DNA of 64,000 nt, from the sequence record FJ373894. One strand, 5' to 3'. This stretch comes from Shigella phage Ag3. Shown here piece by piece: positions 1 to 8,622 of the stretch (positions are counted from its first letter, which is position 1; each line of letters begins with the position of its first letter). The notes beneath the pieces are model-generated. The model was not told the origin of the DNA. It worked only from the letters and a program-made list of their open reading frames with translations, and made no database searches. The translations under genes and the position numbers were made by a program.

Positions 1-118
1 TGAAGAACACATCGCCTGCGTTCTTCTTGCCCATGGTCAGCTCATACGGAGCGGAGTTGAACGCTTCGTCCAACTGATCCTTTTCCTGCATGAACTGAAG
101 GAAATTTGGCTTTGACAT
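1..118 (-). CDS. hypothetical protein, partial (start in window, 3' end beyond left edge)
   Basis: ATG at 116-118 on minus strand preceded by GGAGAT RBS; frame open to window edge (MSKPNFLQFMQEKDQ...). Not in ORF track because under 60 codons in window. Confidence 0.35.
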   Translation of the reverse strand, partial: MSKPNFLQFMQEKDQLDEAFNSAPYELTMGKKNAGDVFF

Positions 119-193
119 TTTGTATCTCCTGATGGAATTATGGCGGTTTCTTCTAATTAGCGAAACCAAAAGAGAGCCGAAGCTCCCCTTATC

Positions 194-529
194 TTATTTT
201 TGAACTTTGGCTACCGACATCGCCCAGAGTGGGAGGGTGTGTGAGTCCAGGGCTTCCAGCAGATATTCAATGCGCTCTGACATGATGCCTTCAGGGAAGT
301 TTACTTCTTCCGGCTCGTTATTGGCCGTCCAGCCCAGAGATAACCCTTCAGCGTGATGGATGATATAAACGAAGTCGCCTGATTCGTAGTCCTTTTCCAT
401 CAGGTCGAAGAACGCTTCCATCTCTTCGTCGGAGAAATAGTAGATGCGAGGTACAGAGCCGTCAGCAAAGTGCTCAGCGCCCTGGAAGGCAAACATGTCA
501 TCGGCTGTGAAGTTCTTGAGTTGTGTCAT
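194..529 (-). CDS. hypothetical early protein
   Basis: ORF 194..550; start moved to ATG at 529, which is preceded by the conserved GGAACTATATC initiation motif. Confidence 0.55.
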   Translation of the reverse strand: MTQLKNFTADDMFAFQGAEHFADGSVPRIYYFSDEEMEAFFDLMEKDYESGDFVYIIHHAEGLSLGWTANNEPEEVNFPEGIMSERIEYLLEALDSHTLPLWAMSVAKVQK

Positions 530-551
530 GATATAGTTCCTTCGGTTCAAA

Positions 552-827
552 TTAACGGCGGAAAGGGCGGTTTGCGTTTTCGCGGTTAGACCAATTCTTT
601 TCAGCCCGAGCGATAGCCGCTGGACTCCATTCGCGTTCCCACTCTTTGTCTACTTCAGCCTGGTTGGCAGGCTCTACCATTTCAACACCAGGGAAGTCGC
701 GTGACATGATTTCGCGCAGCTGGGCAGCTGGGGCAGTCTGGGCGTGGATCAATTCTTCGCCGTCGTAAACCTTGGCCATCAGGTATTTCTGGCCGTGGCG
801 GATATATGCGTCGAGGATAATTTTCAT
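552..827 (-). CDS. hypothetical early protein
   Basis: ORF 552..848; start at 827 after GGAACTACACC; early promoter plus stem-loop immediately upstream (876-922). Confidence 0.55.
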   Translation of the reverse strand: MKIILDAYIRHGQKYLMAKVYDGEELIHAQTAPAAQLREIMSRDFPGVEMVEPANQAEVDKEWEREWSPAAIARAEKNWSNRENANRPFRR

Positions 828-852
828 GGTGTAGTTCCTGCTTTTCAAGTTG

Positions 853-881
853 GTGTCGTACTGCTTATGGAATGAAGTATA
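853..881. repeat. 29-bp direct repeat (copy 1) of early-promoter cassette
   Basis: gtgtcgtactgcttatggaatgaagtata is identical at 853-881 and 36499-36527. Confidence 0.7.
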
Positions 882-922
882 GGGAAGGATATTGAAGAAG
901 TAAAGGGGCGTTTGCCCCTTTT
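876..922 (-). promoter_or_regulatory. early promoter fused to stem-loop (PeSL-like): -35 TTTACT, 17 bp, -10 TATACT
   Basis: Minus-strand TTTACT-N17-TATACT (plus 876-904) overlapping hairpin GGGGC-GTTT-GCCCC (905-918); upstream of gene 552..827. Confidence 0.6.
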
Positions 923-934
923 ATTGAATTATTT

Positions 935-1573
935 TTAAGGCGTTGGGTTCACAATCGGAATGTGGAATCTGATTCCTGCGATGATATCCTTCAGCTGTGG
1001 CTTCCAGCCATCTACCAAACGGGGTAGAGCGATAGCACCAGGCTGAACTAAAATGATGTCGCTGCCTGTGATATTGTGCTGAGGGAACTGGGCAAGGTAC
1101 TGCTCCATGGTGACACCCTCATCAATCAGAACCGCACCGACGTCAGACGATGCGTAGGTTGCACCCAGACCGTCAACGCCCCACGCCAAGATGCCCCAGT
1201 CAGGGATGTTGGCTTCAGATGTGATGGTGAACCCAAACACAGTGTTCAGGGAGGTGAAGGAATAGACATCGTGAGTGATGTCATACACCAGATACCCCTT
1301 GGCCAGCATATCGGCAAAGATCGCGTCCGTATCCCCCGCCGCTGGAGTTGGCACAGAAAACAGCAGCTCGCCCTCAGGAGGGGCAGGATACGTGCCGAGG
1401 GCATAGAGGCACCATGCATCAATGCACTTCTTAATGAACGCCTCGGGTGCGACATAATCGGCAAGGCGCACAGTCCCCGAGTACTCGGATACGATGATGC
1501 CTTCCTTCGTGCCCTGTAGAGCGATGAAGACCAAGATATGTTCATATCCGGTCTGAGATGGAGTGATGTTCAT
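935..1573 (-). CDS. hypothetical protein
   Basis: ORF 935..1669; start moved to internal ATG at 1573, which overlaps the stop of the upstream gene (TAATG). Confidence 0.5.
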   Translation of the reverse strand: MNITPSQTGYEHILVFIALQGTKEGIIVSEYSGTVRLADYVAPEAFIKKCIDAWCLYALGTYPAPPEGELLFSVPTPAAGDTDAIFADMLAKGYLVYDITHDVYSFTSLNTVFGFTITSEANIPDWGILAWGVDGLGATYASSDVGAVLIDEGVTMEQYLAQFPQHNITGSDIILVQPGAIALPRLVDGWKPQLKDIIAGIRFHIPIVNPTP

Positions 1574-2187
1574 TATCTTGTCCTCTTCAGTTTCTCTATC
1601 GTGCGCTTGTTCATGGCGATCACCCGAGGATCTACCTCGGAGATGGTCCGGCCTTTGAAGGACACACATTTCTGAAGATATTTAGCTTTCTTCACGACGT
1701 CAGCGGCATAAGCGTTCGATGCGGGATTACGGGCGAAGCCAGCATTGTAAGAGGAGAGGGATTTGCGTACATTCTGCTTGTGATAGGTCAGCCAGAACTG
1801 CATCTCATCGAGGGCGGCTTGCGCGGCATATTCTTGGTCGGTCAGCAACTTTATGGCGACATTGGCATAGCACTTGCGATTCTTACAACCTTCGCGATCA
1901 CCAACTGTCTTCACCTTGTTCTGAAAGGCTCCCATGTTGGCCGCCTTGAGACCGTAGCGCATTGACACTACATCTTCACCAGCACGGCTCTCTCGCCAAG
2001 ATATGGCAGCCAGGGTGTAACCAAGATCTTGTGTCTTGCCTATGTGGTAGGCAGTTGCCAGCGTATTAAGTTGTTGCTCAGAGAAATCATAAACACATTG
2101 ACTTGTATTTTGGGAAGCGTGCACATTCCCGCTGGCAATGGTAAAGGTCACGGACAAGGCCATGGCCTTCAACGTTGTCATCGTCAT
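1573..2187 (-). CDS. secreted lytic transglycosylase-like protein (SLT-type motifs)
   Basis: N-terminal signal peptide (MTMTTLKAMALSVTFTIASGNVHA); E-S catalytic pair (SWRESRAGE), GAFQ and YNAG motifs typical of SLT domains; AAGGAA RBS. Confidence 0.5.
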   Translation of the reverse strand: MTMTTLKAMALSVTFTIASGNVHASQNTSQCVYDFSEQQLNTLATAYHIGKTQDLGYTLAAISWRESRAGEDVVSMRYGLKAANMGAFQNKVKTVGDREGCKNRKCYANVAIKLLTDQEYAAQAALDEMQFWLTYHKQNVRKSLSSYNAGFARNPASNAYAADVVKKAKYLQKCVSFKGRTISEVDPRVIAMNKRTIEKLKRTR

Positions 2188-2286
2188 GATGGCGTTCCTT
2201 ATGTGGATTGTCGACTTGCAGCTCGCTTGAGCCTCCTGACAGGGGTTAAAAGATAAAGGGCACGTGGTATTTAGTGCCCTTTGGCC

Positions 2287-2565
2287 TCATTCATAGATGA
2301 GGTGGTAGGATTCTTCGATGCACTCCAGCCAGCCGTAGACGAACTGTAGAGGGTCATCCCAGTCACACGCCTTGCCGATCGTGAACTGACCGTCTAGACA
2401 ATCCCCGCGCTCGTAGAAGTTCACGGTGCCATCAATCGTGATAACGTTTCCAGTCTGCATCACTGCTTTGACACCAACCGCAACCTTGTGGTGTTTATGT
2501 TTCGCATTCCAGGTATCAGCAGCAATCTGGCCTGCCGAAAACAGTTCAACGTTGTCTTCTTTCAT
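2287..2565 (-). CDS. hypothetical protein
   Basis: 92-codon ORF in the same-strand early gene array. Confidence 0.45.
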   Translation of the reverse strand: MKEDNVELFSAGQIAADTWNAKHKHHKVAVGVKAVMQTGNVITIDGTVNFYERGDCLDGQFTIGKACDWDDPLQFVYGWLECIEESYHLIYE

Positions 2566-2875
2566 ACGTTTGTCTCAGGTGTTCAGTAAAGGATTTACCC
2601 AGCTTGCGGAATAGTTTAATACGACCAATGACTTTGACGTAAACATCTCCGTGGCAGGGGCGTGGCTTACACCAGCACCCCAAGATCTTCCCGTCAAGCT
2701 CAAGGAGTTCATCCTCGGTGATATCCCCTTCAATCAGGCGCACATACAGGTCTTCTTCAAACAGTTCGATACAGACGCCTCGTCCATGGTCTTTGACCTC
2801 GAACGGGTTCCCCCATTTACCAGGCCGACCAATGTAGACGTCGTATGGCTCCTTCTTGAAGTGGACGACTTTCAT
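2546..2875 (-). CDS. DUF4326-family protein
   Basis: GNPF and CWCKPRPCHGDV Cys/His motif characteristic of DUF4326 as I recall it. Confidence 0.55.
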   Translation of the reverse strand: MKVVHFKKEPYDVYIGRPGKWGNPFEVKDHGRGVCIELFEEDLYVRLIEGDITEDELLELDGKILGCWCKPRPCHGDVYVKVIGRIKLFRKLGKSFTEHLRQTYERRQR

Positions 2876-3036
2876 TTCAGGATTTGACCTGCAAGTAGAT
2901 AACAGAACCAGACAGAGAACCCGAGATACCCCAGTGCTTTCAGGTAGTTTTTCCTTTCGGTTTCACGAGAAAATGCAATGATGTCAATGATGCATGCAAA
3001 GATCAGAATAGCCAGTTTAATTTGTTCGTAGTTCAT
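2872..3036 (-). CDS. small hydrophobic membrane protein (54 aa)
   Basis: Own translation: MNYEQIKLAILIFACIIDIIAFSRETERKNYLKALGYLGFSVWFCYLLAGQILK; AAGGA RBS 7 nt upstream; stop overlaps next start (ATGA). Below ORF-track cutoff. Confidence 0.45.
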   Translation of the reverse strand: MNYEQIKLAILIFACIIDIIAFSRETERKNYLKALGYLGFSVWFCYLLAGQILK

Positions 3037-3038
3037 AA

Positions 3039-5375
3039 TCAATCCTTCTTGATAACTTCGGTCAGGCCGTTTCGCAGGCCATAACGGATGTTGTGTTGGA
3101 AGTATTCCTGGAACTCCTGCTCACGCTGACTGATGACAAACAGGTTGTTCCCGCCGAACTTATGCTTCAGCATCTCAACCGATTCCTGCACCCCGCGCTC
3201 GCTCATGTTCTCAAGGATTTCGTCCAGGACAAACAGGTTACATTGCACCGATGCCTTGAGGTTAGCCACGTCGCGCAGAGCCAGTGTCACCGCCAGGTTC
3301 AAACGACTGCGCTGGCCAGTAGACAGGGAGAAGATGCTCTGCCCCTTGCGGCCTGCTGCGCTCATGGTGATCTCAAAGGTATCGTCAACAACGATGTCCA
3401 GGAACATGTTGAGGGCTTCAAGATACTCGTTGATCTTGCTATTGAGGAATGGCAAGTACAGGGCGATGATACGCGCCTTGGTCTGGTCATCCTTCAAGAA
3501 GAACAGGAGGTGCTGTAAGTCCTGGAGTTCCTCATCTGCATCTTCACGGAGTTCATACAGAGCCTCCAGTTCACCTTCCAACGCAGCGATAGAGTTCTCC
3601 AGGTCGGCGGTAGGCGTCGGCTGTACAGCCAGTTTACGCTCCAGATCGGCAATAGACGCCACGAGAGGAGCACGACGGGCTTTCAGCTCGGCGATCTTAT
3701 CATCGACGGCTTTAATCCCGCTGACGGCATTCTCTCGCGTCTGTTGCAGCGACGCAGTGATGTCTTCAAAACGAACGTTCAGCGCCTTGCGGATGTCAAG
3801 GATCTTCTGTTGGCATTCACGGTTCAGCGAATTACACTCAATCGTGGCCGCTTCATGGAACCCCTGAATGTCACGGTGCAGCTGCTTGATGTTGTCAACG
3901 ATTTCGTCGGCCTGCTTGCGCATTGCATCCAGTTCGGCATCCAACACAGCAATGTCAGCAACCAGCTTGTCGTCCTGAGCCTTGTGACCATCAATCAGGG
4001 CGGTGACATCGGCAGTGACCTTATCCAGCTGATCCAACTTCGCCTGCAGTTCCTGTATCTGAGGGTTGTACTTGCTCTCAATGCGCGCCTTGGTATCGTC
4101 AGACACCAGCTGGGTGCATGTTGGGCAAGCCCCCATATCGTGGAAGCGCTTGATGGCCGCTTGATGACCATCCATTTCTGTTTGGAAACGGATACGGAAG
4201 TTCTCACCCTGTTGGCGGCGCTGGATAGCAGCGTTCAGGGTGTCCAGGTTGGCGTTGCGTTCGGTGAGCAGGGTGTTCTTGCTTTCGGCCACCGTAAAGG
4301 CGCGGTCACGCAAGACCTGAAGATCATGCTCCGCAGTAGACACTTCGATGCGCTCATAATCATCGGCCTTTTCCTGAGCGGCATCCTTCACCGCCTGGAT
4401 CTTGGCTTCAAAGTCTTTCTTGACAGCCTCGATCTCCACCATGGATTCGTCATGAAGGCGGCTTTCCACCGTCTTCATTTCCTGAGTGGCTTCGAATTCC
4501 ACGGCAGTGAGACGGGTGCGCTCCTCATTCTGCGCGGCAATGTCAGCGTCCAGCGATACCAGGGCTTCCCGTTGCTGTACAAGGATATCGGCCGACTGCT
4601 GTTGGATAAGGGCATTGGATTGCTCTATCTGCTGCAGCTGCGTCTTCTTGTTGGTGTGGTCAACAACCTTCAACGCACATTCATTCGCGATCGTGTCCAG
4701 CTTTTCGTTCGCTTTCTTGATGGATGCCTTGACATCTTCGTTCATCAGGCTGAAGAAGCCCAAGTCCCAGATAGTCTCCACCATGGCGCGACGGTCGGCG
4801 GTGTACATCTCCGTGAACGGAATGAACTTCTCTTTGCCCAGCACCAGAGAGTTCTCAAACATCTTCTGGTCCACGCCGATGAGGTTCACGATGTACTTGT
4901 TCATGTCGGCTTTGGCTGCTTCATTATCGATCTGCAACCACTTGCCGTCCACCATCTGGTAGACTTCAACAAAGTCAGGTTTAATGCCACGGCGAACCTT
5001 CCATTCGCTACCACGGCAGGCAAACTCTACCTCACCCACACATTCCTTGCGGCTCTGTGAGTTTACCAGGCCTGCCTTCTTCTCCTTCTTGCTGTATGTG
5101 TCGTTGTACAGTACGAAGAATAGCAGCCATACCAACATCGTGGATTTACCCGCGCCGTTATCGTCAGACGTGACGAGGGTAGCCGGGTTGCGCTGGTAAT
5201 CAATCTCCATGAACTGATTACCAATGGAGCGGAAGTTCTTGGCGCGGCCTTTGCGGAAGGTCAGTTTGTGCGTAATGTTGTCACGCACTTCAAATGGGAC
5301 TTCGACCTCAACCGGAGTGTCGGCTTCCTTCAAAAGATTGCCAAATTTGGCCAGGATATCTGTGCTCTGAGTCAT
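3039..5375 (-). CDS. 46: recombination endonuclease subunit gp46 (Rad50/SbcC-like ATPase)
   Basis: Walker A NGAGKST, long coiled-coil middle, C-terminal signature and D-loop (LFVLDE); start overlaps gp47 stop as in T4. Confidence 0.9.
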   Translation of the reverse strand: MTQSTDILAKFGNLLKEADTPVEVEVPFEVRDNITHKLTFRKGRAKNFRSIGNQFMEIDYQRNPATLVTSDDNGAGKSTMLVWLLFFVLYNDTYSKKEKKAGLVNSQSRKECVGEVEFACRGSEWKVRRGIKPDFVEVYQMVDGKWLQIDNEAAKADMNKYIVNLIGVDQKMFENSLVLGKEKFIPFTEMYTADRRAMVETIWDLGFFSLMNEDVKASIKKANEKLDTIANECALKVVDHTNKKTQLQQIEQSNALIQQQSADILVQQREALVSLDADIAAQNEERTRLTAVEFEATQEMKTVESRLHDESMVEIEAVKKDFEAKIQAVKDAAQEKADDYERIEVSTAEHDLQVLRDRAFTVAESKNTLLTERNANLDTLNAAIQRRQQGENFRIRFQTEMDGHQAAIKRFHDMGACPTCTQLVSDDTKARIESKYNPQIQELQAKLDQLDKVTADVTALIDGHKAQDDKLVADIAVLDAELDAMRKQADEIVDNIKQLHRDIQGFHEAATIECNSLNRECQQKILDIRKALNVRFEDITASLQQTRENAVSGIKAVDDKIAELKARRAPLVASIADLERKLAVQPTPTADLENSIAALEGELEALYELREDADEELQDLQHLLFFLKDDQTKARIIALYLPFLNSKINEYLEALNMFLDIVVDDTFEITMSAAGRKGQSIFSLSTGQRSRLNLAVTLALRDVANLKASVQCNLFVLDEILENMSERGVQESVEMLKHKFGGNNLFVISQREQEFQEYFQHNIRYGLRNGLTEVIKKD

Positions 5376-5376
5376 G

Positions 5377-6492
5377 TTATGCGTCCAGTTTGTTCAGGCG
5401 TTGTTGGGCAGCATTGTAGAAGTGCTCTGCCAGTTTACAGACGTTGTCAGGGCGCTGGATGTTGTTCCCGGCGCGGATATCCTTCTTCAGGACTTCCACT
5501 GCATCGGTCGCCACCATCTCTTCAGTGACCTCAACCTTCTCAGCCGCCACGGTGATAGTCCGGTCGATGAAGTTGTAGTCAATGCACTTGCAGCGCTTCA
5601 TGGCATCACAGAACTTTTCATAATGCTTAGCATTGTCGCGGTTCTGTACGATTACCTTAACGATCTGTCCTTCAATACCCAAGCCTGTGTTCAGCCATTC
5701 CGGGTCGATCCAGTTACCCTCATCGTCTGAGGACAACTTGGTGTAGTCATACTCCACATAGCGGAACAACGTCTGGTGCTCACTGTTGGGGATGAATACC
5801 TCTCCGCCGCGCATGTCGTCCACATAGAAGCCACGGTTGGTGCCGTCTTTGTAGTCTTCCCAGTTCAGGTGATACGGAGTCCCAATATATTGAATGTTAC
5901 CTTCCATCGAACGGGTATGGAAATGTCCCGTGTCGACCCTGGTAAACTTGGAAAGCAGAGCAACGTCGATCTGACCGTGATCACAAGTAGAAGACTGGTA
6001 CATTTTGAACCCTGCCAGCTCCAGATGCGCAAAACAGTACTCGGCGTCTGTATCTTGTATCGCTTTAATAGACGCATCATAGTTCTCCTTGTTGATCCAA
6101 GGCAGCAGCAGAGTCTTGACACCCTCGATCAACACTTCGGTCGGTTCGCTGTAGTAGCAGTACACATCTGGGTCGAGTTCGTTCAGGTAGGATGGCCAGT
6201 TGATGCGGTTGGTCTCTTCCAGGGTGATGTCGTGGTTGCCAACAATGCCATTCCACTTGATGCCAGCCGCTTTCAGCGCTGGAGTTAATTCATCCTTCAG
6301 CCAGTCTTTGTCGCGCCCGTACATGAATTTTCGGACGTCAAACGTGTCACCCAATTGCCAGACCTCATGGATGTCCGAGTCGACAAGCTCGGGGATGAAA
6401 TAGTTGATGAGGTAGTTCTTGATGAAGTCGCGAACGTAACGGGAACCATTACGGCTCCCGATATGCAGATCGCCTATTTTAGCAATCGCCAT
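5377..6492 (-). CDS. 47: recombination endonuclease subunit gp47 (Mre11/SbcD-like)
   Basis: Phosphoesterase motifs GDLHIG, GDTFDVRK, GNHD matching T4 gp47. Confidence 0.9.
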   Translation of the reverse strand: MAIAKIGDLHIGSRNGSRYVRDFIKNYLINYFIPELVDSDIHEVWQLGDTFDVRKFMYGRDKDWLKDELTPALKAAGIKWNGIVGNHDITLEETNRINWPSYLNELDPDVYCYYSEPTEVLIEGVKTLLLPWINKENYDASIKAIQDTDAEYCFAHLELAGFKMYQSSTCDHGQIDVALLSKFTRVDTGHFHTRSMEGNIQYIGTPYHLNWEDYKDGTNRGFYVDDMRGGEVFIPNSEHQTLFRYVEYDYTKLSSDDEGNWIDPEWLNTGLGIEGQIVKVIVQNRDNAKHYEKFCDAMKRCKCIDYNFIDRTITVAAEKVEVTEEMVATDAVEVLKKDIRAGNNIQRPDNVCKLAEHFYNAAQQRLNKLDA

Positions 6493-7270
6493 TATTCTTT
6501 TTCTCCCGTTCTTCTAATCTTTGTTTGAGGGCTTCCCAATCTGGTTCCATCGCACAGATATCATCTTCCAGATTGAATTGGGTTTTGCCGAAGTCCTGAT
6601 CTGAATTGTCTTCGGCCTGCGCTGTTACCGTATTCTTAGCCTGCGCCATGTATTGAAGTATGCCTTTCGCAATCTTTTTATTCGATTCTGCGAGACGAGC
6701 CGCCTCCACCTTCTCTCGCTCCTTCTGCCTTTGAGCGTCCTTTTTGTTCTCAAAGTTGCCGATACGTTCACGGAAGTCCATGCCAATCCCTGTCGCATCA
6801 ACAAAGATCTCTTGTTGGAAGTCAGGGTCGTCTGCCAGGCCTGCGAACCCACCCGCCTCTTCAAATGAGCGCAATTTGATGTACGTATGTTCTTCTTCGA
6901 TATTCAGTTTACGAGCAAATGAGCGATCTGCACACATGGTCACCCAAGAGAAGAAGTTGATCTTCCCTTTCTTTCCAATGTGGTCGACGTCAAAGGTGTG
7001 GAGGTAACGCAGGATGTTGACGATTGCTTCAGAGACCATGTCTTCACGGAAGGGATAGTCGCGATAGTTGTAGCGGGTGCTCATCTTGGTGATGATGCGC
7101 TGGACCTGTAGAGCAACATAGTTGGGGATCTTTGGAAGCCTGGTGCCTTCAGCCAGAGCCTTCTTACGAGCAGGGATCCAATCACGAAGGATACTGATGA
7201 CACGCTCGTTATCTTCGTCCGTGAAATATTTGACGACATTCTCGCCACGATCAACATAATTCATACCCAT
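6479..7270 (-). CDS. 55: late-transcription sigma factor gp55-like
   Basis: Position upstream of gp47 as in T4; sigma-region-2-like pattern alignable to T4 gp55; GAGGG RBS. Confidence 0.7.
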   Translation of the reverse strand: MGMNYVDRGENVVKYFTDEDNERVISILRDWIPARKKALAEGTRLPKIPNYVALQVQRIITKMSTRYNYRDYPFREDMVSEAIVNILRYLHTFDVDHIGKKGKINFFSWVTMCADRSFARKLNIEEEHTYIKLRSFEEAGGFAGLADDPDFQQEIFVDATGIGMDFRERIGNFENKKDAQRQKEREKVEAARLAESNKKIAKGILQYMAQAKNTVTAQAEDNSDQDFGKTQFNLEDDICAMEPDWEALKQRLEEREKKNNGDC

Positions 7271-7281
7271 TGTGGGAACCC

Positions 7282-7809
7282 TCAGATACCGATAAATTCA
7301 TCAAAAGATCCAACAACCTTCTTCACTGAGATCTTGTCATTCTCAATCAGGAAGTTGCTGTCGTTTTTGGCTGCTGTGGCCCAGTCATCGGCAAGTTCGT
7401 TACCTTCGTGCCCCGCATGACCCTTAACCCATTTTAGTTCAACTTCACAAATTGAACAAACGAGATCATAGATTCTGAACAGATCTTTGATGAGTTCAAC
7501 GTTCTTGTCTGGGAAACCCTGATACTCCCACTTCGCTCGCCATTCGGTGACGCTCTTGATGGTGTATTGACTGTCAGACCAAATTGTTGCCTTTGGTATT
7601 CTGCGCTCACCCTTTCCTGAGAATGCCCACAGCAGCTTCAATGCGTTGGTCACACCCAACAACTCGGCGATGTTGTTGGTGGACGGGGGAGGTAGGTGAC
7701 CGAAGAACACCTTCCATTGCATACCCGATATTGGCCTGATGACAAATGCCCATCCTGCGGCCTGGTTGGTCTTCGGGTTAGAACCCCCGTCAGAATAAAT
7801 TTCTATCAT
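7282..7809 (-). CDS. rnhA: ribonuclease HI (RnhA-type)
   Basis: Motifs IEIYSDGGS, NNIAEL, IWSDSQY, KWVKGHAGHEGNELADDWA match E. coli RNase HI; start moved to ATG at 7809 (ORF track extends to 7905). Confidence 0.85.
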   Translation of the reverse strand: MIEIYSDGGSNPKTNQAAGWAFVIRPISGMQWKVFFGHLPPPSTNNIAELLGVTNALKLLWAFSGKGERRIPKATIWSDSQYTIKSVTEWRAKWEYQGFPDKNVELIKDLFRIYDLVCSICEVELKWVKGHAGHEGNELADDWATAAKNDSNFLIENDKISVKKVVGSFDEFIGI

Positions 7810-7810
7810 G

Positions 7811-7819
7811 ATATAAATA
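7811..7819 (+). promoter_or_regulatory. late-promoter-like box TATAAATAT
   Basis: About 36 nt upstream of plus-strand ATG 7855. Confidence 0.45.
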
Positions 7820-7854
7820 TCCCAAACTGGTTTTATAGAAAGAGGAATGAAACT

Positions 7855-8622
7855 ATGGCACCCCGCGCATATCGTTTCAGTCTCACCGCCCCGCAGATTG
7901 AGCAATTGCTCCTTTCTATCAATGATGCTATCAAGTCAGAAGATATCATCTATGATTATGCTGCAGGTGGGACTGTTGGGCAAGTCGCAGCAGCGTCTGC
8001 CGTCAAGAACATGTGGTTGAAGCTCAACGAGATGGTAACAGGCCAAGGCCTCAAAGATGCCATCAACGCTGCAGAAGACAGCAACGTGTTCACTGACTAT
8101 TATAAGTCTTTACTGGATCGCGAAGGCTGGAAATTTATTGGGTCTCCGGCAGATGAACTTGAGCGAGGCGACATCGACACCGCGAACTTCACGGGTGGTG
8201 AGGTCATTCTACTTCAGAAGAACGCTTCAGGCAACCCCGAATTCCAATACTGGAAGCGAACCCCGGTTGCTGGGGGTGATCCTACCTTTGCATGGGCTTC
8301 GGTCTATGAAGGGAACTCCAATGACTCTTCCATTGAGATCCCTGTGGTTGGCACCAGCGTACTCAAGGACATCCCCAAGGCGCTCTTCCATATGATCGAG
8401 TTCAGAGTGCATGTCTACGATGAGACACTGGGTCATTGGCAGGACACCGACGGAAAAGTAGGGTATCGTGGCGAGGATCTGTTCTACAGCGTCTACAACC
8501 ATGTTCAGACCAAACCTCTCGCCACCATTGACTTCAGTCAAGACACAGATAGCATGACAGTCTCTGTTACTTCCCTGGAGCCGAATGTCAAATGCCATCT
8601 GTCGTTTATCGCTGGTTACTAA
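7855..8622 (+). CDS. hypothetical protein, plus-strand late-type gene
   Basis: ATG at 7855 with AGAGGAA RBS and TATAAATAT late-promoter-like box at 7811-7819; ORF track extends upstream to 7696 (GTG start) but that region is antisense to RNase H. Confidence 0.6.
   Translation: MAPRAYRFSLTAPQIEQLLLSINDAIKSEDIIYDYAAGGTVGQVAAASAVKNMWLKLNEMVTGQGLKDAINAAEDSNVFTDYYKSLLDREGWKFIGSPADELERGDIDTANFTGGEVILLQKNASGNPEFQYWKRTPVAGGDPTFAWASVYEGNSNDSSIEIPVVGTSVLKDIPKALFHMIEFRVHVYDETLGHWQDTDGKVGYRGEDLFYSVYNHVQTKPLATIDFSQDTDSMTVSVTSLEPNVKCHLSFIAGY

Noticed and set aside
530-550. N-terminal extensions MNRRNYIM, MKSRNYTM, MKSRDYIM, MRDYIM in the ORF track
   Set aside because: These are the conserved 5' leader GGA(A/C)CTATATC read in frame; true starts are the ATG that follows, which has proper RBS spacing
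3133-5060. Long plus-strand ORFs (244 and 438 aa) inside gp46
   Set aside because: Antisense to a well-supported Rad50-like gene; low-complexity Ser/Leu/Arg-rich translations typical of antisense frames; no RBS
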